Assembly: GCA_951406725.2 (NCBI GenBank)
Contig: OX597835.1
Span: 29,884,001-29,948,000, forward strand
DNA: 64,000 nucleotides
DNA from: Octopus vulgaris
Taxonomy: Eukaryota
Reading direction: 5' to 3'
Each line of letters opens with the position of its first letter. Positions within the stretch are counted from its first letter, which is position 1. The position numbers were made by a program, and so were the translations under genes. Shown piece by piece: positions 41,031 through 55,848 of the stretch. A model generated the notes under the pieces. That model did no database searches and was not told the DNA's origin. It worked only from the letters and a program-made list of their open reading frames with translations.

Positions 41031-41738
41031 GATATATATACATACATGCATACATATATGCAGATATATACATATACATACATATCTGTGTTTATATGCG
41101 TGTTAATGTGTGCATACGTATGTGTGTGTGTGTATGTTTGTGAGCGTTTAAATGTCTTTCCAGTATCCCACCCACAACTGCGCCCTCCACACTCCGCCGT
41201 CCTACCATCCTGCACAAAAGTGATTCAACATGACAGAATTTGTGTATTTCCGTGTTTCTCCTCCTGCTCTGTCGCTGATCAAAAGAAGACACATCCAGTG
41301 CAACAATGTCGGCCGAACCTCAACCGGAAGTTACCTTTGACCTGGTGGGCATGTCTTCTTTGTTGACACAACTGATTGGTTACAGCTACTTCCGGAATGA
41401 AACTTAACATTTAAAGAGACGGAGAGGGAAAGAGAAAGTAATTGAGGCAATTGAAACAGAGAGAGATAGAGAGAGAGAGAGAGAGGGAGAGAGAGAGAGA
41501 GAGAGAAAAAGAGAAAGTGGTGGTGGTAGACAGACACAGCAAGAAAACAGAGATTGATAGAAAAGAGGTAATGAAGGACAGCCGAAGAAAGACCGAAAGA
41601 AAGACGAGTGAGAAAAAGAGAAGCAGGGATAAAGAGAGCGAGAGGGAGAAAGAGTGACAAAGGAAAGAGAGAAAGAGTGAGGGAGAATGAGAGAGAAAGG
41701 GATAAAGATAGACGAAGAAAAGTTTGAGAAGGGGAGAT

Positions 41739-41788
<50 letters not shown>

Positions 41789-42098
41789 AGAGAGAAAGGG
41801 AGAGATAGAGAAGTGACTGAAAGAGTGAGAAGAGAGAAGGAAGTGAGACAGAAGGAAGAAGAGTGAGAAGTGAGTAAGTCAGAGAGAGATAAAATAAGAG
41901 AAAGAGAGTGGGAGAAAGCGAGAGAGAGAGAGAGAGAGTATGAGAGTGAAAAGAAGAGAGAAAACGTGGAGAAAGGAGAGAGAGAGAGAGGGGAGAGAAT
42001 AAGAGAAAGAAAATGGAAAGAATAAAGATTTCTTTAATGTATATATTTTCAAACGTACACAGCACATACTCATTCACTTACACACGTGTAAGTACACA

Positions 42099-42137
<39 letters not shown>

Positions 42138-43202
42138 ACACATATATATATATAAACACACACATCCCCGTACCCACACGTGGTACGGGTATGTGTTTTG
42201 GATTAACATTAAGCTGTTATTTTGGCCTCTTTACACGAGTATCGTCTTTTAAAGCGATTTTCGTTTTGTTTTCTTCCACTTCTTCCTTTTACCATTTCAA
42301 ACGTGATTCCTTATTTTCATAACACCATTATTCTATTCTTTTAGCATCATACACTTATTTTGTCAACATAATTTCGCGCTTATTATAGATTTACCATTTT
42401 TTTCCCGCTTTGCTTTCTTTTTCACAATTTTTTTTTTGATAATTTTTTTTGCCTCCTTTTCATTTTTGGGAGCCCAATCTTCACTTTTTCTTCGCTATTT
42501 TTACAGTACACGGACGCGCACACACGTAAATTACATGCGTACAGACTCACACACGCATACACACATACACATACTCGTGCACATACATACATGCAAACGT
42601 ATGCTGGAAGTGTATGTCTTCAAATATATATATATATATATATATATCAAAGCAATTCATTTAATCTTTATCCGTCTATGTTTGTTGTTGTTACTATGTT
42701 TGTATGTGTGTGCGTGTGTGTGTGTGTGAGTGCGAGAGTATACACATGTCTATACCTACATACATACCTCACACACACACACACACACACACACGCACGC
42801 ATGCAGGCACACACACACATGTGTATGTATATGTGGAAATGTAATAATTGTTACTTTTATGTTGTTTATCGCCGACAGCAAAAGAGGTACAACAAGTTTT
42901 AGCGAGCAACATAATTAATTGTACATACATACATTAATAATTGTAAATGCAATCCCATCTCCTTTTTACATCAAGGAAATAATTACGAATAAATTAACTG
43001 CTAAAATATTCAACTTTAAAGTCATATTGTAGATATTATAAACACTAGTTAGGGAAAAAAACATTAAAAAAATAAATAAACGGTTCTATTGGCGGGCTTC
43101 GAACGACATATCTATAGCTTACTGGATGACTCTTTTACCACCGGCAAAACACCTGTTAATAGATCCCATCTTTAAGGCGGCGATACACACACACACAAAC
43201 AC

Positions 43203-43286
<84 letters not shown>

Positions 43287-43289
43287 GAA

Positions 43290-44331
43290 CGTGGCCAGGA
43301 TTTAAGCCCTCAGTTTCCAAGGGATGGGTTAAGTTGATGTCAGTCCTTAGTACTTGACTGCTAGATTATTTTATCGTCCCCGATAGGATAAAAGGAAATT
43401 TCAAGTTGACCACGATGGTACTTGAACTCAGGTTGTAAAGAACCGGAAGAAATGCCGCTAAGCCTTTTTTTCTTGGTAACGTGGTAACGATTCTGCCAGC
43501 TCGTCGCCTCACCGACAGTACTAAAGAACACCAATTAATCGTATCTTCTCCACCTAGCTCCTGCCTCCTCTCTGTTCCTCTGAAATAAGCCTCTTTAAAT
43601 CTATTTCTCTCTTGTGTGTTTAAACTATGCTAATTTTAATAACGGACCAATTATTTTGTATACACAAATATGAAACGATCTTTAAGAAAAATCGCATAGA
43701 ATAACGCTATAATTGTTTTAAAGAATTGGTATATTGGTTTTAAATTTTGGCACAAAGCCAGCAAGTTCGGAAAAAGGCGTAGGTTGATCATATCAACTCC
43801 AGTGCCCAACTGGTACTTACTTTATCGACCCCGAAATGATGAAAGGCAAAGTCCACCTCCGTGGAATGTGAAATCAGAAGTAAGATAGGTGAAATGGTGC
43901 TAAGCATTTTGGCTGGTGTACTAAGACTGTACCACTTCGCCGCCTTAATGAAGTGGTATAATCGTTACTATTATAAACAAAAGGCCCGTGATTTTTGCGG
44001 AAGGGGATAGCCGATTACATCAATCCCAGTGCTCAGCTGGTACTTATATACTTATTTTATAGGCTCTGTAAGGCTGAAGGCAAAGTCGACGTTGGTTAAA
44101 ACCGAACTCATAACGGACAAAATGTCGCTAAGCACTTTGTCCTGGTGTGCTAACGTTTCTTATTTCTTTATTGCCCAGAAGGAGCTAAACATAGATGGGA
44201 CAAACAAGGACAGACAAAGGGATTAGGCTGATTAAGTTGACCTCAGGAATTTGAACTCAGAACGTAGCGGCAGACGAAATACCGATAAGCATTTCGCCCA
44301 GTATGCTAACGATTCTGCCAGCTCGCCGCCT
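43290..44331 (-). mobile_element. Cluster of about four SINE family B copies
   Basis: Repeated reverse-complement family B modules ending GCCAGCTCGCCGCC. Confidence 0.75.
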
Positions 44332-44976
44332 TAACAACATCAGTAACAATAGCAACAACGACAAGAACACCACCATGTAGATTTCCTTCTTTGACACAAG
44401 GAACCTTTACAACGAAAGGCAATAGATGAGGCTATGTGATGTTCATGACGTTCCCTTCGTCATTCTAGAAAGAAACGAAGTGATATGCTTTGAACCGGAA
44501 AAGGACGCAGGCAGGTACGAAGCCTCCGGTCAGGAATCCCGGTTTTGCTCCAATTTGCTTAGACCAACTCGGTGACTAATCTTTTCCAATAAACGATGTT
44601 CAACAACTATTAATCACAGACTCTCATGTCTTCAAATGCGAGTTGTGGATGGGGTGGGTGTAGCTGTGGCGTTCATACATTTCTCCAAAGTCATTAACGG
44701 AAGTGTAAATAGATATCGCCACTACAATCTACGTAATAAAGCTCTCACAAGACTGTTTCACCAGTGATCGACAAAATAATTTATACTATACATATGTAGC
44801 TGTGCATGCATGTATGCAGGCATACATGCATACACATCATGCACACACATATACATGTATGTCTACATACACGCATACATACGTGCCTACACGCTTGCAT
44901 GTGACTGTGGATATGCGTGTATCGTGAGTTTATCTCTTTGCATGTATGTATATATATGTCTATATATAAATGCTTA

Positions 44977-45013
<37 letters not shown>

Positions 45014-45048
45014 ATGTGTGTTGTGTGTGTGTAGGTACATATAAACAG

Positions 45049-45105
<57 letters not shown>

Positions 45106-46011
45106 TTTATGAATATAATTATATATATAAATATATAGGTGTATTTGTGAGTGTGTGTGTATGTGTGAAGAGACATACGATTGTCAAATGGTAACATACA
45201 CACACACATATCCACAAGCACACATATGCACACATACACATCAATTAAGCACTTCATCCTCCTCCACCTCCTCCTCCTCCTCCTCATCACCACCATCATC
45301 ATCATCATCATTACCATCATCATTACCATCATCATTACCATCATCATTACCATCATCATTATTATTATTTGATTTAAATTCTATTTCATAAAAGGTGAGA
45401 ACACGAGGCCGCCTCACGATGAAGAGGAGGGTGAACGAATTGACCAGCAACAAATGACATTGTGTGTCCCCCCGAACGCAAGAGCCTGCAGGAATTGAAG
45501 GCGAAGGCGACGACCCGAAGCGATAACGGAATTCTTAAACCGTCAGGGACGAAAATTGAATGCCGTTGTCGGCACTGTTGTGTTGTTGTGTTGTACTTAG
45601 CGAAGTGCTTCGTCCATATTATATCGACCCCAGAGGGAACGGAGCAATAATGTGCAGCATATTTCTGTAGATAGATAAGGTTAATAAGTATTAAAGTGTG
45701 TCTTAATTCGAAGTATTAATTGTGGTCTATTAATACCTATTATTGGTATTACTGCTTCTGTTTTCTATATTTGACGGTGCCATGCAGTCAAAACCATTTA
45801 TTGCGGACCTGGCGGGCCTTCCTTGTTGGATATGGAGGAATGACAGCGAGAGAGAAAGAGGGGGGGAGAGAGAAAGAGAGAGAGGGAGAGAAAGAAAAAG
45901 CGAGAGGAGAGAGACAGAGATTGAGAGAGAAAGAGATTGAGAGAGAGGGAGGGAGAGGGAGATGCGGGGATGCAAGGAGAAATAAATTAAATGTGTGTGA
46001 TGGGAAAAGCC

Positions 46012-46076
<65 letters not shown>

Positions 46077-46118
46077 TTTATATCTATGTAAAACATATAC
46101 CGATATATATCAAGACAT

Positions 46119-46191
<73 letters not shown>

Positions 46192-46316
46192 CATCTGTAT
46201 ACACATACATATATATATATATTCATACATGCACATATATGTATATTATACATATACATATATATATACATGTGTGTGTGAGCGTGAATATACGTATGTA
46301 CATATATATATGTATG

Positions 46317-46358
<42 letters not shown>

Positions 46359-46393
46359 TGTATTCATATATCTATAGATCCAGAAGGAGATAG

Positions 46394-46441
<48 letters not shown>

Positions 46442-47068
46442 GGAGATGGAAAGAGAGGGAAAGAGAGAAACAGAGAGAGAAACAGAGAGAGAAACAGCGA
46501 GAGAGAGGAGAGACTATGGAGAGGAAGCGAGTGATGGGTTGTCGTCGATGATAGATACGAGGGGGTAGTTAGTGATAGGGGGTGATAGTAAGAGAAGATG
46601 AAGACGGCGGCTGAAGCAGCGGCGGCGGCGGCGGCGGCGGCAGTGGTGGACACAGGAGAGGAAGAGGGAGGGTATCGGTAGTGTGATGAGATTAGCGAAG
46701 TGTAATTAGCTGGTTTGTTGGTTGATTGGTTGGGTGGTCAGGTGCTTGGAGGGTGTGTGCGTATGTGGGGTGGGGGCGGGTTGGTGGTTGTGCAATGTCA
46801 GCAAAGGTGGCTGTAAATGGGGGAATGAGTGAAAGGTGGTGGTGGTGGGGAGAGAATGAGAAGCTGAGAGAAGACGTAACGGGGTGATATGGAGTGTGGG
46901 GTGAGTGCGGTAAGAGGGAAATAAGAAGAAAGAAAGTGGGTTATGGGTAGGTTGGTAGGTAGGTAGGTAGGTAGGTAGGTAGGTGGGTAGGTAGATAAAT
47001 AAATAGGATAGATAGGTAGATATAGATAGAATCGTAGGAGTGTAGATAGGTGGATAGATGGATAGATT

Positions 47069-47165
<97 letters not shown>

Positions 47166-47170
47166 TCAGA

Positions 47171-47272
47171 TATGTTTCTTTATTAGCCACACAGGGCTGC
47201 ACACAGACGGGATAGATTACAAAGTAGAGCTTTTCTTTTTGGGGAGAGAAAAAAATATAAAGGTGGGGGTAG
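47171..47272 (-). mobile_element. Probable LINE (L1/Tx1-like) 3' tail inserted in (GATA)n
   Basis: Minus strand ends GTGTGCAGCCCTGTGTGGCTAATAAAGAAACAT; flanked by GATA repeats. Confidence 0.45.
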
Positions 47273-47341
47273 GTTTTAGATAGATAGATAGATAGATAGA
47301 GTGACAGATAGATAGATAGATAGATAAATAAATAGACAGAC

Positions 47342-47413
<72 letters not shown>

Positions 47414-48032
47414 TTACAGATAGATAGATGATAGGTAGATAGATAGATATATAGATAGATAAGTGAGTAGAAGAAGGTAACGGATGTCAATGAAAACATA
47501 TGGACAGATGAGTGATACAAAGATGGACAGGAAGACCAGGACGGAACATTCGTGGCTTTATATTCATCAGTCAAGCTTCCAATTATCACTACAGTTTCGG
47601 CCTGTCACAGTTGAGACTGTTCAAAATCGGCAGGCCCAAACCTCTAAGCTAAGGTCATTACATTTCTGGAAGAAAGCGGGCAAATATGTGTGACAACACG
47701 GACAAAATAACGAGAAAAAAAAACGGAGAAAATGTCACACGATTACGAATACAAACAACAAGAATATCAACAGGTGTCTTTCGCCTAAAAAGGCTGAGCT
47801 AAGGTTGGGTGTGAAGTGGCAACCTTGCGGCAACAAACGTACTTGAAATTAAGGAGGCAAAAAAAGAAGGTATTGTGGGAGCGGCGGTCAGGCCAAAGCC
47901 TATAAACATACATCAACACTTATGTATCTACATATAACTTACGGAGATGTACTTGCATAGCACGTGACTTGATCTGAGATCGTATGCTGAAATAAAAATA
48001 ATTGCAGCGTAGAAGGTGTTTGTAAGCCTTTC

Positions 48033-48265
48033 AAATACACACAAAAACCGTTAGCTTCCCTTAAACATTTAAATTTCATTTGTGTCAAAATATTTTCGTT
48101 GCTTTGAAACCGCAATCCGTTCACTGAGAAAACTCGGTGATGCATCAAGTTTTGTCAGCACCAAGTTTTGTCAGTGAACAGGTTGCGTTTTCAAAGCGAC
48201 GAAAATATTTTGACACAAATGAAATTTAAATGTTTAAGTGAAACTAACGGTTTTTGTGTGTTTTT
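48033..48265. repeat. Fold-back element with about 100-bp arms
   Basis: TTAAACATTTAAATTTCATTTGTGTCAAAATATTTTCGT / ACGAAAATATTTTGACACAAATGAAATTTAAATGTTTAA. Confidence 0.9.
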
Positions 48266-48304
48266 TAGTCGCTTCCATACAGCAATTGTTTACACACACA
48301 CACA

Positions 48305-48373
<69 letters not shown>

Positions 48374-48962
48374 CGTTTTTGGATTTGGTTTGCAAGATTC
48401 TTTATGTGAGTCCGTGTGTTGAAGCATATTCTGTTGTGTCTGGGGAGAGTCATTCTCTCTTGGTGCCTTATAATTTAGCATACTTCCCTGTGAAATTTCC
48501 ACTTCTTTCTTTTTTTTTTATTTTTCATTAAATTTTCGTTGCGCCTTGCAGCCTTTTCAATAATTTTGACTGAAACACCCCAGGCACAAAAGTATATATA
48601 TATATATATATTTATATCAGAGGCGACTGCAGGTCATCAGCGTCACTCAGACTTATCACAGATTTTGCAAAAGACACGTGCCTACTCGAAGAATTTCACA
48701 TTTTGCCGCCTTATTTCTAGCTCCAAATGGCTTATTCTATATACCTGGCACTTTGTCTTACTCTATTTGAAAGTTAAGGGTAAAAATAAAGCAACCCTGA
48801 AAATCACGACTGATCTTTACATACGGATGTACAGAATAACAGCAAATAACGACAATAGAGAGTACAGCAAACATCAGCGATCTGACTGTCGCCTTTACAC
48901 TTGACAAGAGATGCCAGTTAGCCTTTTACACCTACCAGTATCGTTTGTATTTTCTTTCTTCC

Positions 48963-49181
48963 TTTTCTTTTACTTGTTTCAGTCATTTGACTGCGGCCAT
49001 GCTGGAGCACCGCCTTTTGTCGAGCAAATCGACCCCGGGACTTATTCTTTCGTAAGCCCAGTACTTATTCCATCGGTCACTTTTTGCTGAACCGCTAAGT
49101 GACGGGGACGTAAACACACCAGCATCGGTTGTCAAGCAATGCTAGGGGGACAAGCACAGACACACGAAGAGACACACATAC

Positions 49182-49249
<68 letters not shown>

Positions 49250-49411
49250 GACAGGCTTCTTTCAGTTTCCGTCTACCAAATCCACTCACAAGGCATTGGT
49301 CGGCCCGGGGCTATAGCAGAAGACACTTGCCCAAGATTCCACGCAGTGAGACTGAACCCGGAACCATGTGGTTGGTTAGCAAGCTACTTACCACACAGTC
49401 ACTCCTGCGCC
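48963..49411 (-). mobile_element. SINE family A, full length
   Basis: Reverse-complement match; closely resembles 49891-50309. Confidence 0.92.
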
Positions 49412-49734
49412 TATTTGCCCAGATTCCTTGAAAAAATTTCGTTGATTTAAGAATTTTGTAGGACGGAAATTTCTCATAGATTAGAATTTAAATTTTTACG
49501 ATTATAGATAACGGCTCGGACTGTGTTGGCTGAATTATATATAAAGCTATAAGCCTTATTCAATTCGTTCAGAATTGCCTTTCTTTTTTGTACATCTCAT
49601 CGACAAGAGTTAATAAACTCGAAACACTGAACGAACTGGGGTGTTTCCACACCTTTTTATCATACACTGCAGGGTATTTGCCTTTAGCAGTTGAAATATG
49701 TGACAAACATATTTCAACTAACCTAAATTTTAAA

Positions 49735-49805
<71 letters not shown>

Positions 49806-49811
49806 ATATGC

Positions 49812-49855
<44 letters not shown>

Positions 49856-49890
49856 ACACATATATACATATTATACTTAATATATATACA

Positions 49891-50309
49891 GGCGCAGGAG
49901 TGGCTGTGTGGTAAGTAGCTTGCTTACCAACCACATGGTTCCAGGTTCAGTCCCACTGTGTGACATCTTGGGCAAGTGTCTTCTGCTATAGCCTCGGGCT
50001 GACCAATGCCTTGTGATTGGATTTGGTAGACGGAAACTGAAAGAAGCCTGTCGTATACATGTATATATATTTATATGTATGTGTGTGTATATGTTTGTGT
50101 TTCTGTGTTTGTCCCCCCCCACCATCGCTTGACAACCGATGCTGGTGTGTTTACGTCCCCGTCACTTAGCGGTTCGGCAAAAAGGGACCGATAGAATAAT
50201 TACTGGGCTTACAAAAGAATAAGTCCCGGGGTCGATTTGCTCGACTAAAGTTGGTGCTCCATCATGGCCGCAGTCAAATGACTGAAACAAGTAAAAGAGT
50301 AAAAGAGTA
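49891..50309 (+). mobile_element. SINE family A, full length
   Basis: GGCGCAGGAGTGGCTGTGTGGTAAG (A box), GGTTCAGTCC (B-box-like), CTTGGGCAAGTG core, (GTAAAAGA)n tail. Confidence 0.92.
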
Positions 50310-51378
50310 ATATATATATATATATATATACATACATATATATATGTGTGTGTATGTACAAGAAAGTGCAGAGAAGTTCCTAGCTGGAAGGGTATCGTAA
50401 AAGGCCTGGCTAGAGACCCAAACTTCCGAGTTCGTTCCCAGGGTTTAGTAACGCTGAAGGACTGCAGCAATAAGTGAGTGAATTTTGCGAGGGGAATATG
50501 TTGAATAAAATCATAATTAACCGATCGTCCTGATTTTTTCTTTTACCCAAAGCGAGAAACTTTCCAGCCTCCCTCGTACATAGCAATGTTGTGTTGTTGG
50601 CGATGCCATCGGTGGTGGTGTTGTTGGCGACGTAGCTGTTGAATGGCTTAGTAGTAATGATGATGATGACGATGGTGGTGCTGGTAGCTATGACGATGGT
50701 GGTGTTGCTGGTGGTGGGGAGGATGATGAGAGTATTTTGGATAGAGTGGGGTGTCGCTGGTGCTTAGATTAGAATTGCCATCGTTATAGAGATTCCAAAA
50801 CCACTATCCTACGGCAAATTCCTGTTGATGGATTACATGTAAAGTCTTAATTGAACCGTATGTTACAGTTGTTGAAAGGAAAAGGCGAAGAGGAGAGGAA
50901 GAAAGAAATAATAGGAGAGCAAGGGACACAAAGAGACTGAGAAAAGGAGAGAGAGAGGATGGGGCGGGAGGAAGTCAGGTGAGGAAGAGGAGTGGTTTAT
51001 CAAGTGATTAGCCTGGAGCTATGCAGAAAGGAAAGTCTGAGAAATAGAAAATAAAATGAGAGGGGTAGATGGGTGGGTTGTGACGAAGTGTGTGTGTGTG
51101 ACGAACAATAGTGAGGGAATGCATGTGATCTATAAGAAGTCTAACTGCAGCCCTGTGTGTGAGTATGTATGCATGTGTGTGTGCGTATGTATGTATGTAT
51201 GTATGTATGTATGTATGTATGTATGTATGTATGTATATATATATATACATGCAGGTATACACACATCTTTCTATATATTTAAATTTGTACAGATATTATA
51301 TATATATACATCCATATATATATATATACCTATGTATATGTGTATGTATCTATGTACGTTTATGTGAGCGTTCGTATA

Positions 51379-51425
<47 letters not shown>

Positions 51426-51455
51426 ATATATATATATATATTTATATATATATAA

Positions 51456-51499
<44 letters not shown>

Positions 51500-52021
51500 A
51501 TGTGAACGTGCGCGCATACATATATACATTACATGTATCTGTGTATGTGTATATGTCTATATATATATAAACACACGTATATGAATGTGTGTGTGTGTGT
51601 GTGTGTGGTAATCGTAGGAAGGATGTGTGCGGTATGGTCTGCGATGTCTGTGGTCATTAATATGGCCGACAAGCACCAAACAGGCGCTAGTTAACGGGTC
51701 TATTGACTTAGGCTGTGAGGTGAGAGAGATTGGAATAGGGGAGTGGGTTGAGGTAGGGTGGGAGGGCGATATGTATTGGAGGGAGAGAAATGATCAGGCT
51801 GTTGTTGTGATGAGGATGACGTTGATGGCGACGGTGGAAGTGCTGCTGCTGCTGATGGTGGTGGTGGTGTTGGTGATGATGACGATGATGACGACAACGA
51901 CGACGACGATGATAATAATGATGAAGATGGTGATTGTAAAAACAGTTGTGTCAGACGTAGATGGGTGTCGACTGGGACGATGATGATGATGATGATGATG
52001 TTAGGGTGATAATTACGGCAA

Positions 52022-52053
<32 letters not shown>

Positions 52054-52201
52054 CCAATGACGGCGACAACAATGACGAATGCTTTTGATAACGATGAAGA
52101 TGCCGCCGACGACGACGACCTAGATTGCGATGATGACAGAGAACACGACGACGATGGCGACGTCGACGACGACGACGACGATGATAAAGATGATGATGGT
52201 A

Positions 52202-52235
<34 letters not shown>

Positions 52236-52428
52236 CGATGATTGTGATGATGATGATGGTGGTGGTTGTGGTGAGGATTGTGATGATGATGATGATGATG
52301 ATGATGATGAGGATCATGGTGGTGGTGGTGGTGATGGTCATGATGGTGATGGTATCGATGACGACGATGATGACGACAATGATGGCGGTGATGACAATGA
52401 ACACGACGACGGCGATGATAACGATGCT

Positions 52429-52459
<31 letters not shown>

Positions 52460-52513
52460 ACGACGATGATGATGATGGTGATGATGGTGGTGGTGGTGCT
52501 GGTGGTGGTGGTT

Positions 52514-52548
<35 letters not shown>

Positions 52549-53577
52549 AGAGATGATGGTGGTGGCCACGATGGTGATGTTATCGATGACGACGATGGTG
52601 ACGACAACAACAATGGTGGTGGCGGTGATGGTGATGCTGACACTGCCAGATAATCGTTAAGGCCGGACGTTTTTGCTTCAGCAGATCCATGCAAGAGGTT
52701 AGTGGCTGCTTGACACTTTTAATCACACACGGATTAGATGACGCTGTGTTTTAGGATCAATCTAGTTATAGACGGACAGATTAGAGGCCGGGATGTTGCT
52801 GGGATGGACTTGCGCATGTATAACCGTGTGCGCATGCGTGCGATCATGTGTGTGCTTATGTGCGTGTGTGTGTGTGCATGTGTATATGTGTGCGTATAAG
52901 TATGTGTTACTTGCGTGTTACGTGGGTGTGCCTGCGTTTGTTTGTGTCTGTGTGAATGTGTGACCGCAGGAATATGTGTGTGTGTGTGTACGTGGCTGTG
53001 AGTGTGTGAACCTGTGACTGCGTGTGTGTGTGTGTGTATATGTGTCATTATGTGTATGTAAATGTGTGTGAATTTTATGTTTATGTGAATATGTGCGTAT
53101 CAGTGGCTGGATTTGTGGTTGTGTGTGTGTGTATATATGGCCGTGTTTATGTGAATGTGTGCGTGTGTGTGTGTGTGTGTATATGGCCGTGTTTATGTGA
53201 ATATGTGTGTGTGTGTGTGTATATATGGCCGTGTTTATGTGAATGTGTGTGTGTGTGTGTGTTTGTGCCTGTGTTTGGCTGTGTGTATAAGTGATTCTGA
53301 CTGTGTGTGTATATATGTGCGTGCATGTGCGTGTATATGCGTGTGTTTCCTTTAGTGTGTATATGTGTTTATGTGTATTTGTAAGTACCTGTGTCTGGGT
53401 TGATTCCGCATGATCGTGTCTTCATGTGTATGTGTGTGTGTCTCGATTTCTGTGTCTTCTTACTTGTGTGAGTGTGTGTATGTATGATTATGTGCCTGTG
53501 TGTCTAAGTTGGTAGTCTTGCGTATAAGATTATATGCGTAGCAACGTGTGTATGTGTGCATGCGGAAATCTGTAAGC

Positions 53578-53619
<42 letters not shown>

Positions 53620-54101
53620 ATGTGCATATGTGAGACTGTGTGTCTGTTTCTGTTTGTGTGGATGTGTGTAGGAACAAAGCTGAATTTCTATGCATGTATG
53701 TATGTATGCATGTATGTACACATGCATGTATGTACTATGTTCGTATGTATATATATTTGTATGCATGTATGTATGCTTGCATCTATGCATATATGCATGT
53801 ATAGATGGATATATGCAGGTATGCATATATGTATGTATGTATGTTTGTATGTATGTTTGCATGCATGTATGCATGGATATATATTTGTATGCATGTATGT
53901 ATGTATGCTTGTATGTATGTATATACGTGTGTATAGATGGATGTATGCATGTATGTATGTATGTTTGCATGCATGTATGTATGTATGCCTGTATGTAAGT
54001 ATATATGTGTTTATAGATGGATGTATGCATGTGTGCATGCATGTATGTTTGTATGCATGCATACATGTATGCGTGGGTCTATGTATGTATGAATATATTT
54101 A

Positions 54102-54258
54102 GGCGCAGGAGTGGCTGTGTGGTAAGTAGCATGCTTACCAGCCACGTGGTTCCGGGTTCAGTCTCACTGCGTGGCATCTTGGACGAGTGTTTTCTACTAT
54201 AGCCTCGGGCTGACCAAAGCCTTGTGAGTGGATTTGGTAGACGGAAACTGAAAGAAGC

Positions 54259-54320
<62 letters not shown>

Positions 54321-54321
54321 A

Positions 54322-54362
<41 letters not shown>

Positions 54363-54604
54363 TGCGTGTGTTTGTGTATATATGTGTGTATGTATATGTT
54401 TGTGTGTGCGTGTGTTAGTCCCCCCCCATCATCGCTTGATAACCGATGCTGGTGTGTTTACGTACCCGTAGCTGAGCGGTTTGTCAAAAGAGACTGAGAG
54501 AATAAGCACCAGGCTTAGAAAGAATAAGTCCTGAGGTCGAATTTGTTCGACTAAAGGCGGTGCTCCGGCATGGCCGCCGTCAAATGACTGAAACAAATAA
54601 AAGA
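54102..54604 (+). mobile_element. SINE family A, full length
   Basis: As above, with an expanded internal (TA)n(TG)n. Confidence 0.92.
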
Positions 54605-54665
54605 ATATGTATGTATATGTTTATGAATGTATACATGTGTGTATGTATCTATGTATATATGTATG

Positions 54666-54699
<34 letters not shown>

Positions 54700-55424
54700 T
54701 GTATGTATGAGTTTGCGTATGTATGTATGTGTATATATATAAGTGTATGTATGATTTGTATATATTTATATGGATGTATGTGCGTGTGTGTGTATGAAAG
54801 TTATATATATATAATGAATGCATTTGTATGTAATATGATTATGTATGTGTGTATGTATATGCATATATATCCAAATATGCTTGTATTTATGTTTATATGA
54901 ATGTGTAAGGGAGTGAATGAATGTGTGTATATGTGTGAGGGATACAAAATGAATAGAGGCAAAAGAAAGAAAAGAAAGAAAATTATAAGATGAAGAGGAA
55001 AGGTCTGGACTGTAGGTGTTTATCCTCATTTCAAATTCTCATCAACTCTTTTGTAGATGAAGATAACAAAAACCGTCAGGAGAGAGAAGGAAGTAAATGA
55101 AAAATAGGATATACTCGTAATTATTTCTCTACCACCACGCCACCTATTATACTTCACCCCATCTCATATCGCCTTCTCTCTTCATACCCTTCCTCTATTT
55201 CCTAACCATTTCCTCCTGTCTTTGACGAAGGATATTGAAAGTGGAATGAAGAAGATGGCATTTGTCGTTTGGAAATAATGGCGGCTTGCATGTAATCGGT
55301 GAAGATCCGTGGTGTTCGGAAGTTGTCAGTTGTGTTCGATAGTCGCCGGTAGTGTTCGGCGGTAGTCATATGTTGGTCTTCTTTTCTTTGACGAAAGACA
55401 ATGGAAGCAGGATGAGAAATAAAG

Positions 55425-55848
55425 GGATCTTTTCGGTTTGAACGGCAGTTTTTAAAATAATTTCTAGGTAACTAAACATTTTAAAACTTCGTATACTGGT
55501 AGAATGTGTTTATAAAACATCTTTTTCTCTTGGCTTTATTGAGAAAATTCTATAGTTTGTAAGATATTTGTAGATTTTTTTCTTCAATTTCTGCAATTAC
55601 AACCAATCATTGACGTCCATTGAGGTAAAAAAACATTCTGTGCCGTATGAATATGTCCCTCGTTTAAGAAACCGATTGGGTTTATTTACATTTGTGAAGA
55701 AAAAAAGATACCCATCCCCCCACCCCTAACCCTAACCCTAACCCTAAAACAGATTGAAATACAATAGATCGATACTAGGGTCACAATTATTGGTGACAAT
55801 TTCATATGACACCGCTAGAAAAAACTGCCGTTCAAACCGAAAAGATCC
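55425..55848. mobile_element. MITE with 29-bp perfect TIRs and internal (CCCTAA)4
   Basis: GGATCTTTTCGGTTTGAACGGCAGTTTTT / AAAAACTGCCGTTCAAACCGAAAAGATCC, inserted in an older diverged tandem repeat (about 55215-56175). Confidence 0.88.

Noticed and set aside
38300-41106. Repeated 63-68 aa ORFs (MTVSSLSG..., MLSNRFSK...)
   Set aside because: Non-ATG starts, no recognisable domain, and they recur only because the DNA is tandemly repeated.
45392-45500. Possible terminal exon (GENTRPPHDEEEGERIDQQ...)
   Set aside because: Weak acceptor, short, and no recognisable homology.
51961-52653. 230-aa Asp-rich ORF
   Set aside because: Degenerate (GAT/GGT)n microsatellite open in several frames.
55724-55747. 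Interstitial telomere
   Set aside because: Only four repeats, internal to a MITE.
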